NCBI RefSeq assembly: GCF_963921235.1
Contig: NC_086097.1
Location: forward strand, 74,278,001 to 74,342,000
Direction of reading: 5' to 3'
Source: Mobula hypostoma
Taxonomy: Eukaryota
DNA length: 64,000 bases
Shown here: in pieces, positions 24,917-37,940 of the stretch
How the letters are laid out: the number at the start of each line of letters is the position of its first letter
Position numbering within the stretch: position 1 is the first letter of the stretch
Program-made: the position numbers and the translations under genes
The notes under the pieces: generated by a model
Seen by the model: the letters and a program-made list of their open reading frames with translations, nothing else
What the model was told of the DNA's origin: nothing
Database searches by the model: none

Positions 24917-27145
24917 TGTTGTTTTGCGGTCAGTGACATCATCACTGACAGTTAAGTCCGGTAACTGTAATGTGTCCATTTTGTTGGATGCAGTCAACTC
25001 AGATGTGTTCTTCAGTTGAGCATCCAGTATCTGGTCCACATGACATCTCCATATCTGATCTCCAACATCCACTGTGTACATCAGTGGTCCAGTTCCTGTA
25101 ACTATCATACTGGGCGTCCAGTTGTCTTCTCAGTAATCTTGCTCTAGGACTCCTGTCTAACCTTGAAGTTCCTTGCTGCTTCACTTGGCAACTGGCTGAA
25201 CTGTTTATTCTGCACTTGCCTCAGTAGATCTGGTTTCAGGAGGTCTATGCAAGATCTCAGATTCCTGCTCATGAATAATATTGCAGGTGCTTGACTTGAC
25301 ATCGCATTGTCAGAGTTCTGACATACAAAAAGGAAGTTGTTCACCTTGTGCTGTAGAGCAATATCCTCCTTGTCCATTGCTTTAATGGGCTCCTTGAAGG
25401 TTTGGATAAACCTTTCAGCCAACCCATTTGATGCTGGGTGGTGAGGAGCTGACGAAACATCTGATGCCATTTTTCTTCATGAACAGTCAGAATTCTTCTG
25501 AGGTGTATTGTGGTCCGCCGTCACTCATAATTTGTTCTGGTAAGCCATTTCTGGCGAAGATAGTCCTCATTGTGGACAAGGACTTTGCTGAGGTAGTTGA
25601 GTTCATTGGTATAGCCTCCGGCCACTTCGAATGAGTATCCACAGCAATCAGGAACATGGAGTCCATGAATGGCTCTGCAAAGTCAATATGTACTCTTTGC
25701 CATGGAGAGATGATGGTCACTTCCACAGGTGCTAATGGAGCCTGTGGGGGTGCATTTTGAACTTTTTGGCATCCTGAACAGCTTTTGGCCAAGTCTTCTA
25801 TCTGTTTATCTATTCTCTTCTCAAACACCTTCTGATTAGCATTAAGCAGCTGTGCCAGTGTCTATTTAGCACTATCACTTAGGCTGCCATTGCCTATTGA
25901 TGTCACACTGAGAGCTTTGACTAAGAGCCAGTCTAGTTAGATTTTTCCCAAACGCTCACGTTTGAAAAGTGCTGGTCCTCCACTTTTCAATAGCTCTAAC
26001 TGATGTGTTTGGCCTCCATATGTCACATTTATTTTCATTTTGCCTTTGGGAGACACTTCTTTCGCCTCAATAAGTCTTTTGCATCACTGTGGTCTTCTCA
26101 AATGGTATCTTAGAAAAAAGTCTGTTGTAGTCCGTCTCTAGAATTATGGACAAAACTGACCCTGTATCCAGCTCCATTTTTAGTTTTACACCAGACATAT
26201 CAGTTGTGATCTAGATGATTTTGTGATCTACCTCAGTTATACTATGCAGTTCTAGGCATGACAGTTCACCCTAGTCAGACTTTATGTTGTCTGATTCTGT
26301 TTTAATTCAGTAACTTTATGCATTTGCTTATTTTTGTGTTTGAGACTTTTCACTCTGTTATGCTTTTTGTCTGCCTTGCACATTCTCCCCATGTGACCTT
26401 ATCTGTGATGCTTTCTGCAAACTTGTTCTTTGAACCAATAGTCATTTGCAACCTGAGAGGATTTGCCACATTGATAACATTTTCCGCTTTTTACACCATT
26501 CGGGGACATTTTGTGCATTTCACATTCTAACCACCTTTTCTGTAGTTCTGCTGCATCCTTTGCTGCATTCTGTAATGATATTGCAATGGACAATTACTGT
26601 TCTAAGGTAGGTTAGGGAAGTTTGCACAGTCCTGCAATGTGTTCAGAAAGGCTTTCATCTTTTGACTGGTTTCTTTCGTAAAATCTAAATCTCTCAGCTA
26701 TTACCTGTGGTTTAGGGCTCAATTGATTTTGTAAAACTGCAACAATTTCATTGAATGTCTTGCTTGCGGCTTTGCAGGGGGTTACTAAGTCTTCTTGGGC
26801 CTTCTTGGACTATACCTTCTTGGGCCCATTAAGCTAAGAAGTGTAGGGGCTTTCTTTTGCTCCTCCAAGTTGCTCGTATTACAATACAGGTCAACCCTCT
26901 TGATATATGACTCCCAGCCATCACTAGAACTATCAAATTTGTCAACTTTCCCAACTGAAGTCATTGCCATGTTATTTTCACTTTAGATTCAGTGCGTCTT
27001 CCACTGTCACTATGCACTGTAATTACGCGTTTGTTAGTGTCTGTGACAGCCTTCTCGTGCTGTTTAACGCTTGCTGTTTCATCCTGTAACTTTTGATGCA
27101 GATGGTGATATTCTCTGACATTTAGATTCATACTCGTTGCCAACT

Positions 27146-27353
27146 TGTTGTGTCTGTGCACAACTACATATCTATTAAATAAAAGTGCGCGGGAGATGGC
27201 TTATACTGGTGTATTTACATTGCAGTGAGAGAGAGACGGAGACCATACACATGCATAGACAACAGCGCATGCACAAACAGCAGATCAATACCTAGTGCTG
27301 GGGGCAGGGGTTTGGTGGTCATTGCTCTAAAAGAAATAGATCCATACATTCTA
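27146..27353 (-). repeat. 5' LTR of the Gypsy element, with PBS at ~27127-27142
   Basis: Similar to 24275-24475. Followed on the minus strand by TGGCAACGAGTATG, resembling the tRNA-Ser(GCU)-type PBS TGGCGACGAGGATG. Confidence 0.88.
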
Positions 27354-27419
27354 GTTAACATGGCTTTATTTTGGATATGTTAATGACTTTATTATGATAG
27401 TGTAAATCTACATTTTTAG

Positions 27420-29580
27420 ACTAAGACTTTTAAGAGTAGGAGCAGAATTAGGCCACTCAGCCCAATAAATCTACATCACTATTCCATCACAGCTGGTGTA
27501 TTATCCTTCTCAACCCCATTCTCCTGCCTTTCCCCATTACCATAAACCATAAGACCATAAGACATAGGAGCAGAATTATGCCATCTGGCTCACCAAGTCT
27601 GCTCTGCCATTCAATTATGGCTGGTCCTTTTTTTTTTATCTCCTCCTCAATCCCAGTTCCTGGCCTTCTCCCTGTAAGCTTTGATGCCATGTTCTTTGAC
27701 ACCCTGACTAACCAAGAACCTATCAACCTTCACTTTAAATATACTGAATGACTTGGCCTCTATAGCTGTCCATGGCAATGAATTCCACAGATTCTCCACC
27801 ATTTGGATGAAGAAATTCCTTCTCATCTCTGTTCTAAGTGGACATCCTCTGTTCTGAGAATGTGCCCTCTGCTCTAGACTTACCCACTAAAAGAAACATC
27901 CTTTCCATATCTACTCTGTCTAGGCCTTTCAATATTCAATAGTTTTCAGTGAGATCTCCCTTATTCTTCTAAACTCTAGGGAGTAGTATAGACACAGAGC
28001 TATCCAACTGTGGTAAACTATATATTGTAGCTGGGTTAACTGTTTGGACACACTCCTCTGCTGACTGCTCCTGTAGCTCCTCCCACAGACCGTGAACAAA
28101 GGCGATTGTGCCACTGCTCCTCCTCTCAGTCCAGGGGCAGATACTCAGCATGATGGAGGTCACATTTTACTGCTAATAAAAGCCTTTCAGTATTTACTCT
28201 ACTTCCAGTCTTTTGGAGTTATTGATAGTGCATCACAAACAATCCTCATATATTAAATCTTTCATTCCCAGAATCATTTTTGAGTACCTCCTTTGGATGC
28301 TCTCCAATGCCAGCACATCTTTTCTCAGATAAGATGCCCAAATCTGCTCAATATACTCCAGTGCGGCCTGAAAAATGCCTTACAAGGCCTCAGCGTTGCA
28401 TTCTTTCTTTTATATTTTGAGTCCTCCCAAAATGAATCCTAACATTGGATTTGCCTTCCTTACCACTGACTCAACCTGCAAAATGAACCTTTAGTGAATT
28501 CTGCCCAAGGACTCCCAAACTCCTTTGCACTTCAGGTTTTTGAATTTTCTCCCGGATGCCTTTATTTTTCTACCAAAGTGAATGACTATACACTTTCCTA
28601 CACTATTTTCCATCTGCGACTTCTTTGCCTGTTCTCCCAGTCTGTCCAAGTCCTTCTGCATATTCCCTGCTTCCTTAACACTTCCTGCCCCTCCAACTAT
28701 CTTTTTATCATCTGCAAACTTGGCCACAAAGCTATTAATTCCTTCATCCAAATCATTGACATATAACATGAAACTAAATTGTCCCAATACCAACTCCTGT
28801 AGGACACCACTTGTCCGTGGCAGCCAACCTGTATAGGTCCCATTTATTCCCAAACTTTGGCTCCTGCCAATCAGTCAATCGTCTTGCCATGCTAGTATCT
28901 TTCCCATAATACCATGGATTCTTATTTAGCTTAGCAGCCTCATGTGTGGCACCTTGTCAAAGGTCTCTGAAAATCCAAATAAACAACAGCTACTGAATCG
29001 CCTTTGTCTAATCCTGCCTGTTATTTCCTCAATGAATTTCAACAGATTTGTCCCTTAAGGAAACTATGCTTACTTCAGCCTATTTTATCATGTGCCTCCA
29101 AGCACCATGAAACCTCATCTTTAATAATGAACTCCAATATCTTCCCAACCACTGAAGTCAGGCTAACTGGCCTAAAACTTCCTTGCTTTTAACTTCCTTC
29201 ATTCTTAAAGAGTGGAGTGACATTTACAATTTTCCAGTCCTTCAAAACCATTCCAGAATCTAGTGATTCTTGAAAGATCACTACCAATGCCTCCACAATC
29301 TCTTCAGCTACCTTTTTCAGAACCCTGTGGTATAGTCCATCTGGTCGAGGTGACTTATCTAGCTTCAGACCTTTCAGTTTCCCAAGCACTTTCTCCTTTG
29401 TAATAGTTTCTAAAATATGAGTCACCCAATAGAGAACTGCCTTTCCCCTAGTCGTTCGACCGCAAGCTGCTCTAAAAAGCCATCTGGTAGGCATGCTACA
29501 AATTCCCTGTCTTGGGCTCCAGCACCAATCTGATTTCCCAATCTATCTGCATATTGAAATCTCCCATGACTGTCAGGACA
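27420..29580 (-). mobile_element. CR1 LINE (second subfamily), degenerate, with a nested CR1 tail (~27540-27695) and a solo LTR
   Basis: Encodes DKSPRPDGLYHRVLK, DWKIVNVTPLFK, SGVLQELVLG and AKFADDKK. (CCATAAGA)n tail. Confidence 0.88.
28009..28235 (+). mobile_element. Solo LTR (Gypsy-type)
   Basis: TG...CA ends and an internal AATAAA near 28175. Flanks are CCAAC and CAAAC (5-bp TSD, one mismatch). It interrupts a colinear CR1 sequence. Confidence 0.75.
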
Positions 29581-30323
29581 CATGCATTTATATGAGGGCT
29601 AAAGCACAAGTGTTAGTTCTGGGCAGCAAGCATAATTTTATTTTGAAATAAGTAGAGCTTTGCTGATGCCATAATTATTGTGGTACATTTGAATGCCTTT
29701 GTCTGATAGGGTTACTAATCCTATTAGTTAATAACATTTGCTTAAGTCCATTGTGTGTTCCATAATGTTTGGTGTTAATATAGTGTTAATCCTGTTAAGA
29801 GGAGAATGCTAATTGTTAAGCAACTGTCTAATTTCTTCCCAGAAGAGGAGTTAATACATCATATTTTTGAAGTGATATTGACCCCCTGTGGTGGGGCAAA
29901 ATGTATACCTCAGTGGTTCACACCTTGTCTGAGTTTTGTTTCCAGTCAGAATATAAAAAAGAAGTACCAAGCAGTTACCATTCTTTCTGTACCACTGCCA
30001 ACAGTGGTACTCCTCTAATAGTATCCAATAAAACTTACTTGTGCAATTAATATTATCTGAAATGGACAATGCAAGGTGGGGTGCAGGCAATCTAAATTTT
30101 AATGGACTAAATGAATCCCAAATACTGAGAGTGAATTGCAAGTCAGTTATTTAATGGGAATCCACGATCATCTGTTTCAAGATTCCACAGGCATCTTTTA
30201 ACTCTTCAGAAAAGCTGTAGCATCTATTAAAGACACCTAATTTGTTAGAGCCTATTTCATTTACCTCCAAGTTTCACAAGTGAAGAGATTTAAATAATTA
30301 TTTAAGCACAGACCCATCTTTTC

Positions 30324-32572
30324 TTTTCCTTTTCAATATTTTATTAATTTCTTACATAAAAGAATACAGAGTACAGTAGGATATATAATATATATCGATT
30401 ACAATATATCAAAATCACAAATATAGTCTCATTACCTTATATCCATATACATTAAATTTAAACATAATATTGAAAAGAGGTAATTTTATTATACAAAAAA
30501 CATCTAAACCCACTACCAGAAAAAAAAACAGCTGTTTGGTTAAAAAAAAGGAAAAAATTCTTATCATATGATAAAACATATTGTTAGCCAACATCTGTGC
30601 TTAATAGCAAATCAAAAATTTTGAAGATAATTCAAAAAAGGTCCCTACAATATTAAAAAATCTTGTCTAGGTTCAGAAATTGAACAGCGAATCTTCTCTA
30701 AATTTAAACATGACATAACATCATTTAACCAATGAGTATGAGTAGGCAGAGTGGCATCCTTCCGCTTAAACAACAATGCCCTCCTGGCGAAAAGAGAAAT
30801 AAAGGCCAAAATATGCCAATCATGTGACTCCAAAATAGTATCATTTCCTTCAACAATACCAAATAAGGCAGTCAAAAGATTAGGTTTAAAATTTACTTTA
30901 AAAAGCACCGAAAAAGTTTGGAATTCTTCCTTTTAATATTTTTCAAGACTTGGACAAGTCCAAAACGTATGAATTAGTGAAGTTTCTCCATTGTTACATC
31001 TATCACAATAGGGAGATATATCTGAATAAAAACGAGAGAGCTTGTCTTTAGTCGTGTTGGCCCTATGAACCACTTTAAATTGAAGAAGGGAATGACGGGC
31101 ACATAACGATGAGATATTAACCAATTTAAAAATTTCATTCCAAGTGTCCTCAGAAATTGAAATCTGTAAATCTTGTTCCCAGAGATTTTTAATTTTGTCT
31201 AGAGGAATAGTTCTCATTCCCAACAACATACCATAGATATAAGATATAGAAGTGTTTCAAATTAAAAATTGTATCAAATAAATTCTTATCTGGACTTTTA
31301 GGAAATGTATGTACTTGAGAGTGCAAAAAGTCTCTAATTTGTAAATATTGAAAAAAAGTGGGGTTTTGGTAGGCTATACAATATGTAGATACATATACAT
31401 ATGCTATATGTAGGCAGACAGTTGTTCAAATGAAGAGAGACTATCTCCAACAAACAAATCCTGAAAACATTTAATACCCAATCTATTCCACACTTTAAAA
31501 ACTACATCAGTCATAGAAGGTTTAAAAAAATAGTTAGAAGAAATGGGACTTGAAAGTGAAAAACTCAATAAACCAAAATATTTTCAAAATTGTACCCAAA
31601 TCCTCAAGGTGTGTTTAACTACAAAATTATCAGTTAAATTATTTAAAGATAAAGGAATTGAGGATCTAAGAAGAGAAATGATAGAAAATTTATTAACCGA
31701 ATTAGCTTCTAAAGAAACCCAGACAGGACAGACCTCTCAATTAATATAATATAACCAAAACGTAAGGTTCCGTATATTGACTGCCCAGTAATAAAACCTC
31801 CATTCATTTTAGCTTTTTGAAGATGAACTTTATTTAATTGAGAAATTTTATTTTTCCATATATAAGAAGATATAATAGAATCCAGAGAATCAAAAAAGGA
31901 TTTAGGGATAAAAACAGGTACGGCCTGAAATAAATATAAAAATTTAGGCAAGATATTCATTTTAATAGAATTAATTCGGCCAATCAACGATAAAGAGAGG
32001 GGTGACCAATTTGATAGTGCCTTCTTAACATAATTCAGAAGTGTAAAAAATTTTTCTTTAAAAAGGAATTTATAATTCCTAGTAATTGTTACGCCCAAAT
32101 AAGTAAATTGATTTCTTACAACTTTAAAGGGAAGGTTAGTATTAACTAATACCAAATTATTCAAAGGAAAAAGCTCAGTCTTATGAAAGTTAAGTTTATA
32201 TCCTGGAAACTGACTAAAGCAGGAGAGTAAAGAAAGTACGGAAGGTAAAGAAGACTCCACATTAGAAATGTAGAGCAAAACGTCATCAACATAAAGTGAC
32301 ACTTTGTGAGTAATACCTCTCCTTAAAATACCAGTGATATCATTAGATTCCCGGAAAGCAATAGCTAAAGGTTCTGAGACCAAATCAAAAAGCAAAGGAC
32401 TCAAAGGACAACCTTGTCTGGTTCCACGTTGAAGTTTAAATAGTTTAGAATTCTGGGAGTTAGTAAGAACCTGAGCAGATGGAGATAAGTAAAGTAATTT
32501 AATCCATTGAATAAAATTGTGCCCAAAGTTAAATTTTTCTAAAGTTTTAAATAAATAATTCCATTCAACTCG
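30324..32572 (-). mobile_element. L1-clade LINE, 5'-truncated in RT
   Basis: Encodes RVEWNYLF, RGTRQGCPLSPLLF, LYVDDVLL, YLGVTI and INSIKMNILPKFLYLFQ, with C-terminal CDRC..HTFWTC. A-rich tail. TSD AGACCCATCTTTTC at 30310-30323 and 32573-32586. Confidence 0.94.
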
Positions 32573-32794
32573 AGACCCATCTTTTCAAGTTGCCCTTTCC
32601 CTGGAGTCAATGCAAATATTTCCTTTGTGTCTAGATCCTTTGTGAAAAGTATGATTGAGCCTCCTGTCTACACAATCTAAATGATTACAACATCATGTCC
32701 TATGGCCATGTATTGATCTTTCCACTCCCACCATTAAACCTGAAAATTTACTCTCATAAACTCTGCTGTCATTTTGAGCATCTCTGCTAAATGC

Positions 32795-33830
32795 TCACTT
32801 CAGGATGTCAGGAAAGCAAAGTTAGGAGAACGCATACTGATATTCATCGAGGGGTCAGCAGGGTGAGCAGCTTCAAGTTCCTGGGTGTCAATATCTCTGA
32901 AGATCTATACTGGGCCGAACGTTTTAGTGCAAATACAAAGAGAGCATACCAGCGGCTATATTTCATTTGGCGATTGAGTAGATTTATTATGTCACCAAAG
33001 AGTCCAGAAAATTCTACCGCCACAATTGGTCTGCAGTGGATGCAGTCTCACTGGCTCTCCATTTGGCCTTGGACCACCCTGGACAATAACAACACCAATA
33101 TCAGGCTGCTGTTTATTGAATACAGCTCTGTGTTGAATACCATCATACCCTCAGTACTAATCAACAAGCTTCAAAACTTGCCGTCTATACCTCCCTATGC
33201 AACTGGATTCTTGACTTCCTCATCGGGAACGTCACAAATGGTGACAAGGAGGCATATAGGAATGGGATATATCAGCTATTGGTGTCACAACAACAACCTT
33301 GCATCCAACATCAGTAAGACCAAGGAACTGGTTGTGGACTTTGGGAACAAGAAGTTGGAGGAACTTCAGGATGCCAGGAAGGCAAAGTTAGGAGAACGCA
33401 AACTGATATTCATCGAGGGATCAGCAGTAGGAAAGGGTGAGAAGTTTCAAGTTCCTGGGGTCAACATCTCTGAAGGTCTATCCTGGGTCCAACATATTCA
33501 TGTAATCACAAAGAAAGCACGATAGTAGCTAAATTTCATTGAGGTTTTGAGGAGACTTGGCATGTCACCAAAGATTCTAGCAAATTTCTACAGATGTACT
33601 GTGAAGAGCGTTTTGTCTGGTTTCATCACCATCTGGTAAAGAGGGGCCACTGCAAGGATCAGAAAAAACTGCAGGAAGTTGCAAACTCAGCCAGCTCTAT
33701 TACAGGCACTAGCCTCCCCAGCACTAAGGACTTCTTCAAAAGGCGATGCCACAAAAAAGCAGCATCCATCACTAAGGACTCCCTTCACCTAGATATGCTC
33801 TCTTCTTATTACTACCATTAGGGAGGAGGC
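32795..33830 (+). mobile_element. Rex1/Babar LINE fragments with an out-of-order duplicated segment
   Basis: Encodes SSFKFLGVNISEDL, IRLLFIEYSSVLNTIIP and WCHNNNLASNISKTKELVVDF. 32798-33015 repeats 33365-33590. Confidence 0.85.
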
Positions 33831-34635
33831 ACATTGCCTTATAATCTATTTACTTCAGTAGTTTCCCCCATAGGGAAGGAAATGGACCCACCCTGGAATA
33901 TCCAAAACTCCAGACACGTAGCTCTTAATCACCTCTGAAATGGCCAATTAAGGAGACTTACAAAATAAAGTGTAACAAGAGTAAAACCTGACCAACTAGC
34001 TTATGTTAGACAAGAAATAGTTTTGAAAACAACAGAGGCACATCCAGCAATGTTGACCTTGCAAAATATCTCACATGAAAATCTGGGGAATCTGCCAAAG
34101 TGCGAGATTCAAGCAATTGCCTGAACATAATTATTTTCAGATTATATGCCAAATCTTCCATTACAAATGTTGGATATGTCCCAGTAGGGTAGAGTCTCTG
34201 GAGATGACATCATACTGCTATAAAGTTGGGAGGAAGTCCCTTGCACTGAGTCTGGTCTCCATGGCTGCGTGACATCAAATCAAACATGGGCAAGAAAGCC
34301 TCTTGCTGATCCCAGCTGCCCTTCTATTGCTCCCTGTTGAACATCACTTGGGAGAAGTACTGAGGCACTTCAATGTCTATCATCTATTATTTATTGCATT
34401 ATTAATGGCTATTCCAGAAGTACACAGATGCCGGCCTTGGCTTGAGAATGGTGGTGAGGGAATATGCATCAAGGAAAATCCTTGTGCAAGACAAATACCA
34501 TCTTTACACTGATGACACCCTCTGTCGTGCCCAGTGGAGTTACTGCGGTACAAAATTCAAAACTGGGTCATTAGAAGCAGTAGGTTTGTACAACACTGAA
34601 AATTGATCTTACTATTCTTATTTGATCCATCATGT

Positions 34636-35338
34636 GACAGATGGAGTTCAACCCAGATAGGTGTCAGGTGGTTCATTTTGGTAGGTCAAATATGATGGCA
34701 GAATGTAGTATTAATGGTAAGACTCTTGGCCTTGTGGAGGATCAGAGGGATCTTGGAGTCCGAGTCTATAGGACACTCAAAGCTGCTGTACAGGTTGACT
34801 CTGTGGTTAAGAAGGCATTTGGTGTATTGGCCTTCATCAACCATGGGATTGAGTTTAAGAGCTAAGAGGTAATGTTACAGCTATATGGGACCCTGGTCAG
34901 ACCCCACTTGGAGGACTGTGCTCAGTTCTGGTCACCTCACTACAGGAAGGATGTGGAAACTATAAAAAGGGTGCAGAGGAGATTTACAAGGATGTTGCCT
35001 GGATTGGGGAGCATGCCTTATGAGAATAGGTTGAGTGACCTTGGCCTTTTCTCCTTGGAGCGATGGAGGATGAGAGGTGACCTGATAGAGGTGTATAAGA
35101 TGATGAGAGGCATTAGCCGTGTGGATAGTCAGAGGCTTTTTCCCAGGGCTGAAATGGCTGTCACAAGAGGGCACACTTTTAAGGTGCTTGGAAGTAAGTA
35201 CAGAGATATCAGCTGTAGGTTTTTTCACACAGAGAGTAGTGAGTGCATGGAATGGGCTACCGGCGATGGTGGTGGAGGCGGATATGATAGGGTCTTTAGG
35301 GCCTGTATTGTGCTGTAGTTTTTCTATATTTCTATGTT
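34636..35338 (+). mobile_element. CR1/HER1-like 3' fragment
   Basis: Encodes MEFNPDRC and LYGTLVRPHLEDC. Tail is tttctatatttctatgtt. Confidence 0.92.
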
Positions 35339-37309
35339 GATGCTGGTTTTAAAAAGGCTAACTGTTCTAATGCCACCATCCAGCAATACAGCATTGGCAC
35401 TAAAGGTATCACAAACAATCCAAGTACTTTTAAATTTTGAAAAGGGTTTCTGACTTTACTAGTAATTTCCAGTCCCAACCATTCATTGCCTCCTCCCCAC
35501 AAATACTTCTCCCAACAACTTTAAATATATACTTTGTTTTTTCAGCTCCAGTATTAATCCAGTATTATATACTCCAGAATTAATCTCCCTTAGCCTCGTT
35601 ATTTTCAAAGAAAACAAACACACGTGTTAACTCCACAGATGCTGCCTAACCCACTGAGTCACTCTAGTAGCTCAGTTATGCTCCAGATCCCAGCATCTGT
35701 GGTCTTTTGTGTCCATTGAGGCTATCCTGTCTTTTTTCAAAGCTCCAGTCCAGGCAACATCCTTGTTAATCTTCTCACCATCCTCTACAGTGCAATTAAA
35801 TCTTTCCTATAATTTGGTTTCCAAAACACCGCTACTGCCAAACCTGCATTGTTCATAGTTCTAGTCAAACCTCCCTACTCTTATATTCAGGTTGTTGGCT
35901 AAACAAAGTTTGGCAAATGTTTGTTAACCCTCCTCTCAACCTATTATGTTATATTTAAGATAAACAGATGTTTAGTCCTTTACAACTCTAAGCATAAACT
36001 TCTTTATGTATATTCCTCTTGCCTTGTGCAAGTTGAAATGGAATTTTATGGAGTTTTATTGTCTGCCCGATTGATCAATGGGAAAAGCAGAACAAAAAGG
36101 CCATGTGGTGAGGACAATTACTAATCACAATGAAGGCACCCATCTGGGAGAAAGTTTTGGATTCATTGATGTGGTTGGAAGCTTTATTTAAGAACAATTG
36201 TTGGTGGGTGCTTTTGGATCTCGTAAAAATGACATAATTTTGTGCATTTCATATCAAAACAAGCATTGCGCGCATCTCATATTATTACGTATGCCCAGCA
36301 GCACAGTGTGCATGTCCTTCGGTTAAAAAAAAAGTGAAAAGAATCTTGCTAATTTCAATATAGGCTTTCGGGTAAATCCTGTTTCATCTGGTACTCAGCA
36401 AACTTCCATTGTAGACATAACTGTCCATTACAGCATTAATAGAGTAGCTCCTTCAAATTGTGTAATTTGGAGGAGTCTGTGAGATTCCCACAAATACCTG
36501 TGGGATTCTGGTCCTGGCTTTATGCTGAGAAAACCTTTTTTGTGTTGCGAATGGATTTACGATGGTTCAAATAACTCAAAACCATTGCCAAGTCACAAAC
36601 TCAGAATTCCCGATTAAACATCACAAATCCCTGTGCAGATTACCAAAGCTCACTGCCAGTTTCCAATGGAGCACTGGGTGAATTAAATAAATCTCCTTGT
36701 AGACCACTTTACATGTAGCCATCTGATTTGTCAAAACCTCTGAACTCTTAGCTCACCCTTCCTGCTATGTGTGTAGGAATGATCCTGTTGATCTTCAGGG
36801 TGTGAATATACCTGCACTGCTCAGGCATGGAGAATTTACAAAGGAGGTACCCTGAGCCTTGTTCACAATATTTTTGAGAAGGTTAAGTGCGAGAATGGTA
36901 CAAGTAAAATATGCTCAGTAATTGCCTTGCAGAATCCTTAAGAGCAGTGTCCTGTGGACACCATTTGTGTATTATTCGAATGGTAGCATGTTACATTGAT
37001 AACTGTCTAGTAAAATTGGTGCAATTAAACCCGGTTTGAATTCAGCCAACCATCCTTCCAAATCGCCAACATGAATGGGGAAGAGATGGTATGTTTTGCT
37101 GTGGATTCGTGTCTGGCAAGCAGCAAAGCAGCTTTTCAAAGTAAACTCTGCCTTATGGTACTATAGGATTATTGTACTAATCAGATTGTTGGGAGCGACT
37201 TCAAGATGCACACTAGTTCTTTGTAATATCTGTTCTTACCTGACTTGGTTTCATAGCCCATTCATTGTCTGTATCATTTGGATGGAACAATGTTCAGGGA
37301 AATTGTAAC

Positions 37310-37940
37310 TGGCCCCAGTAGCCTCAGCAGTGTGGGATCTGCACAATCTCTTTGCCTCTGTGGGCTTTCCTCAAGTAGTCTGATTTCTTCCCATGTGCCG
37401 AAGGCAACTGGGTTGATTGACTGTCTTGCCACTGTAAGTTGCCATGAGTATATGTAGGTGAGTAGTCAAATCTGAGGGGCACTGACAAGAATGCAGGAAG
37501 CTTAACCCCTACACAAAAAGAAAGAAGCGCAGAATACTCATGGAATATTAACTGGAGGGCTTGAGCTATCAGGAGAAGCCGGGTAGGCTAGGACTGTTTT
37601 GCCCTGGCAAATCGGAGATGGAGGTATGACCCTATAAAGGTTGATAAAATGACAGGGAGTATCAATAAGGTGAATAGCCACAGACTTTTCCCTGAGTAGG
37701 GCAGTCCAGAAGACATAGGATTATGATGAGAAGGGACCTCATCTTAATGAAGGGCAGTGTTTTATTTTGCATAGAGGATGGTGGGTATGTGGAATGAGCT
37801 GCCAGAGGAACTGAGAGAGGCAGGAATGATTTTTAAAACATTATTTAGACAGGTATTTGGATAAGAAAGGTTTAGAGGGCTATGAGCCAAATGCAGGCAA
37901 ATGGGACTAGCTCAGCTCATTGAGTTGGGCTGAAGAGTTT
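37310..37940 (+). mobile_element. V-SINE/HE1-like remnant (~37310-37500) followed by a CR1 3' fragment (~37550-37940)
   Basis: gtgtgggatctgcacaatctc...tgtgggctttcctc...tttcttcccatgt...cactgtaagttgcc, then gggtatgtggaatgagctgccagagga. Confidence 0.6.

Larger units (their letters stand above)
24275..27353 (-). mobile_element. Ty3/Gypsy LTR retrotransposon (Mag-like), both LTRs present, RT/RNaseH deleted
   Basis: Gag FDSSSDGWESYIKRV, knuckle CYQCGKSS, protease ELDTGS. Integrase CSGCQ, WQRVHIDFA, VDTHSKWPE, MSDGGPQYTSEEF, HPASNGLAERF. TSD GTTAA at 24270-24274 and 27354-27358. Confidence 0.93.

Noticed and set aside
32791..33525. 244-aa ORF as a host gene
   Set aside because: It is a patchwork of in-frame and out-of-frame Rex/Babar RT pieces.
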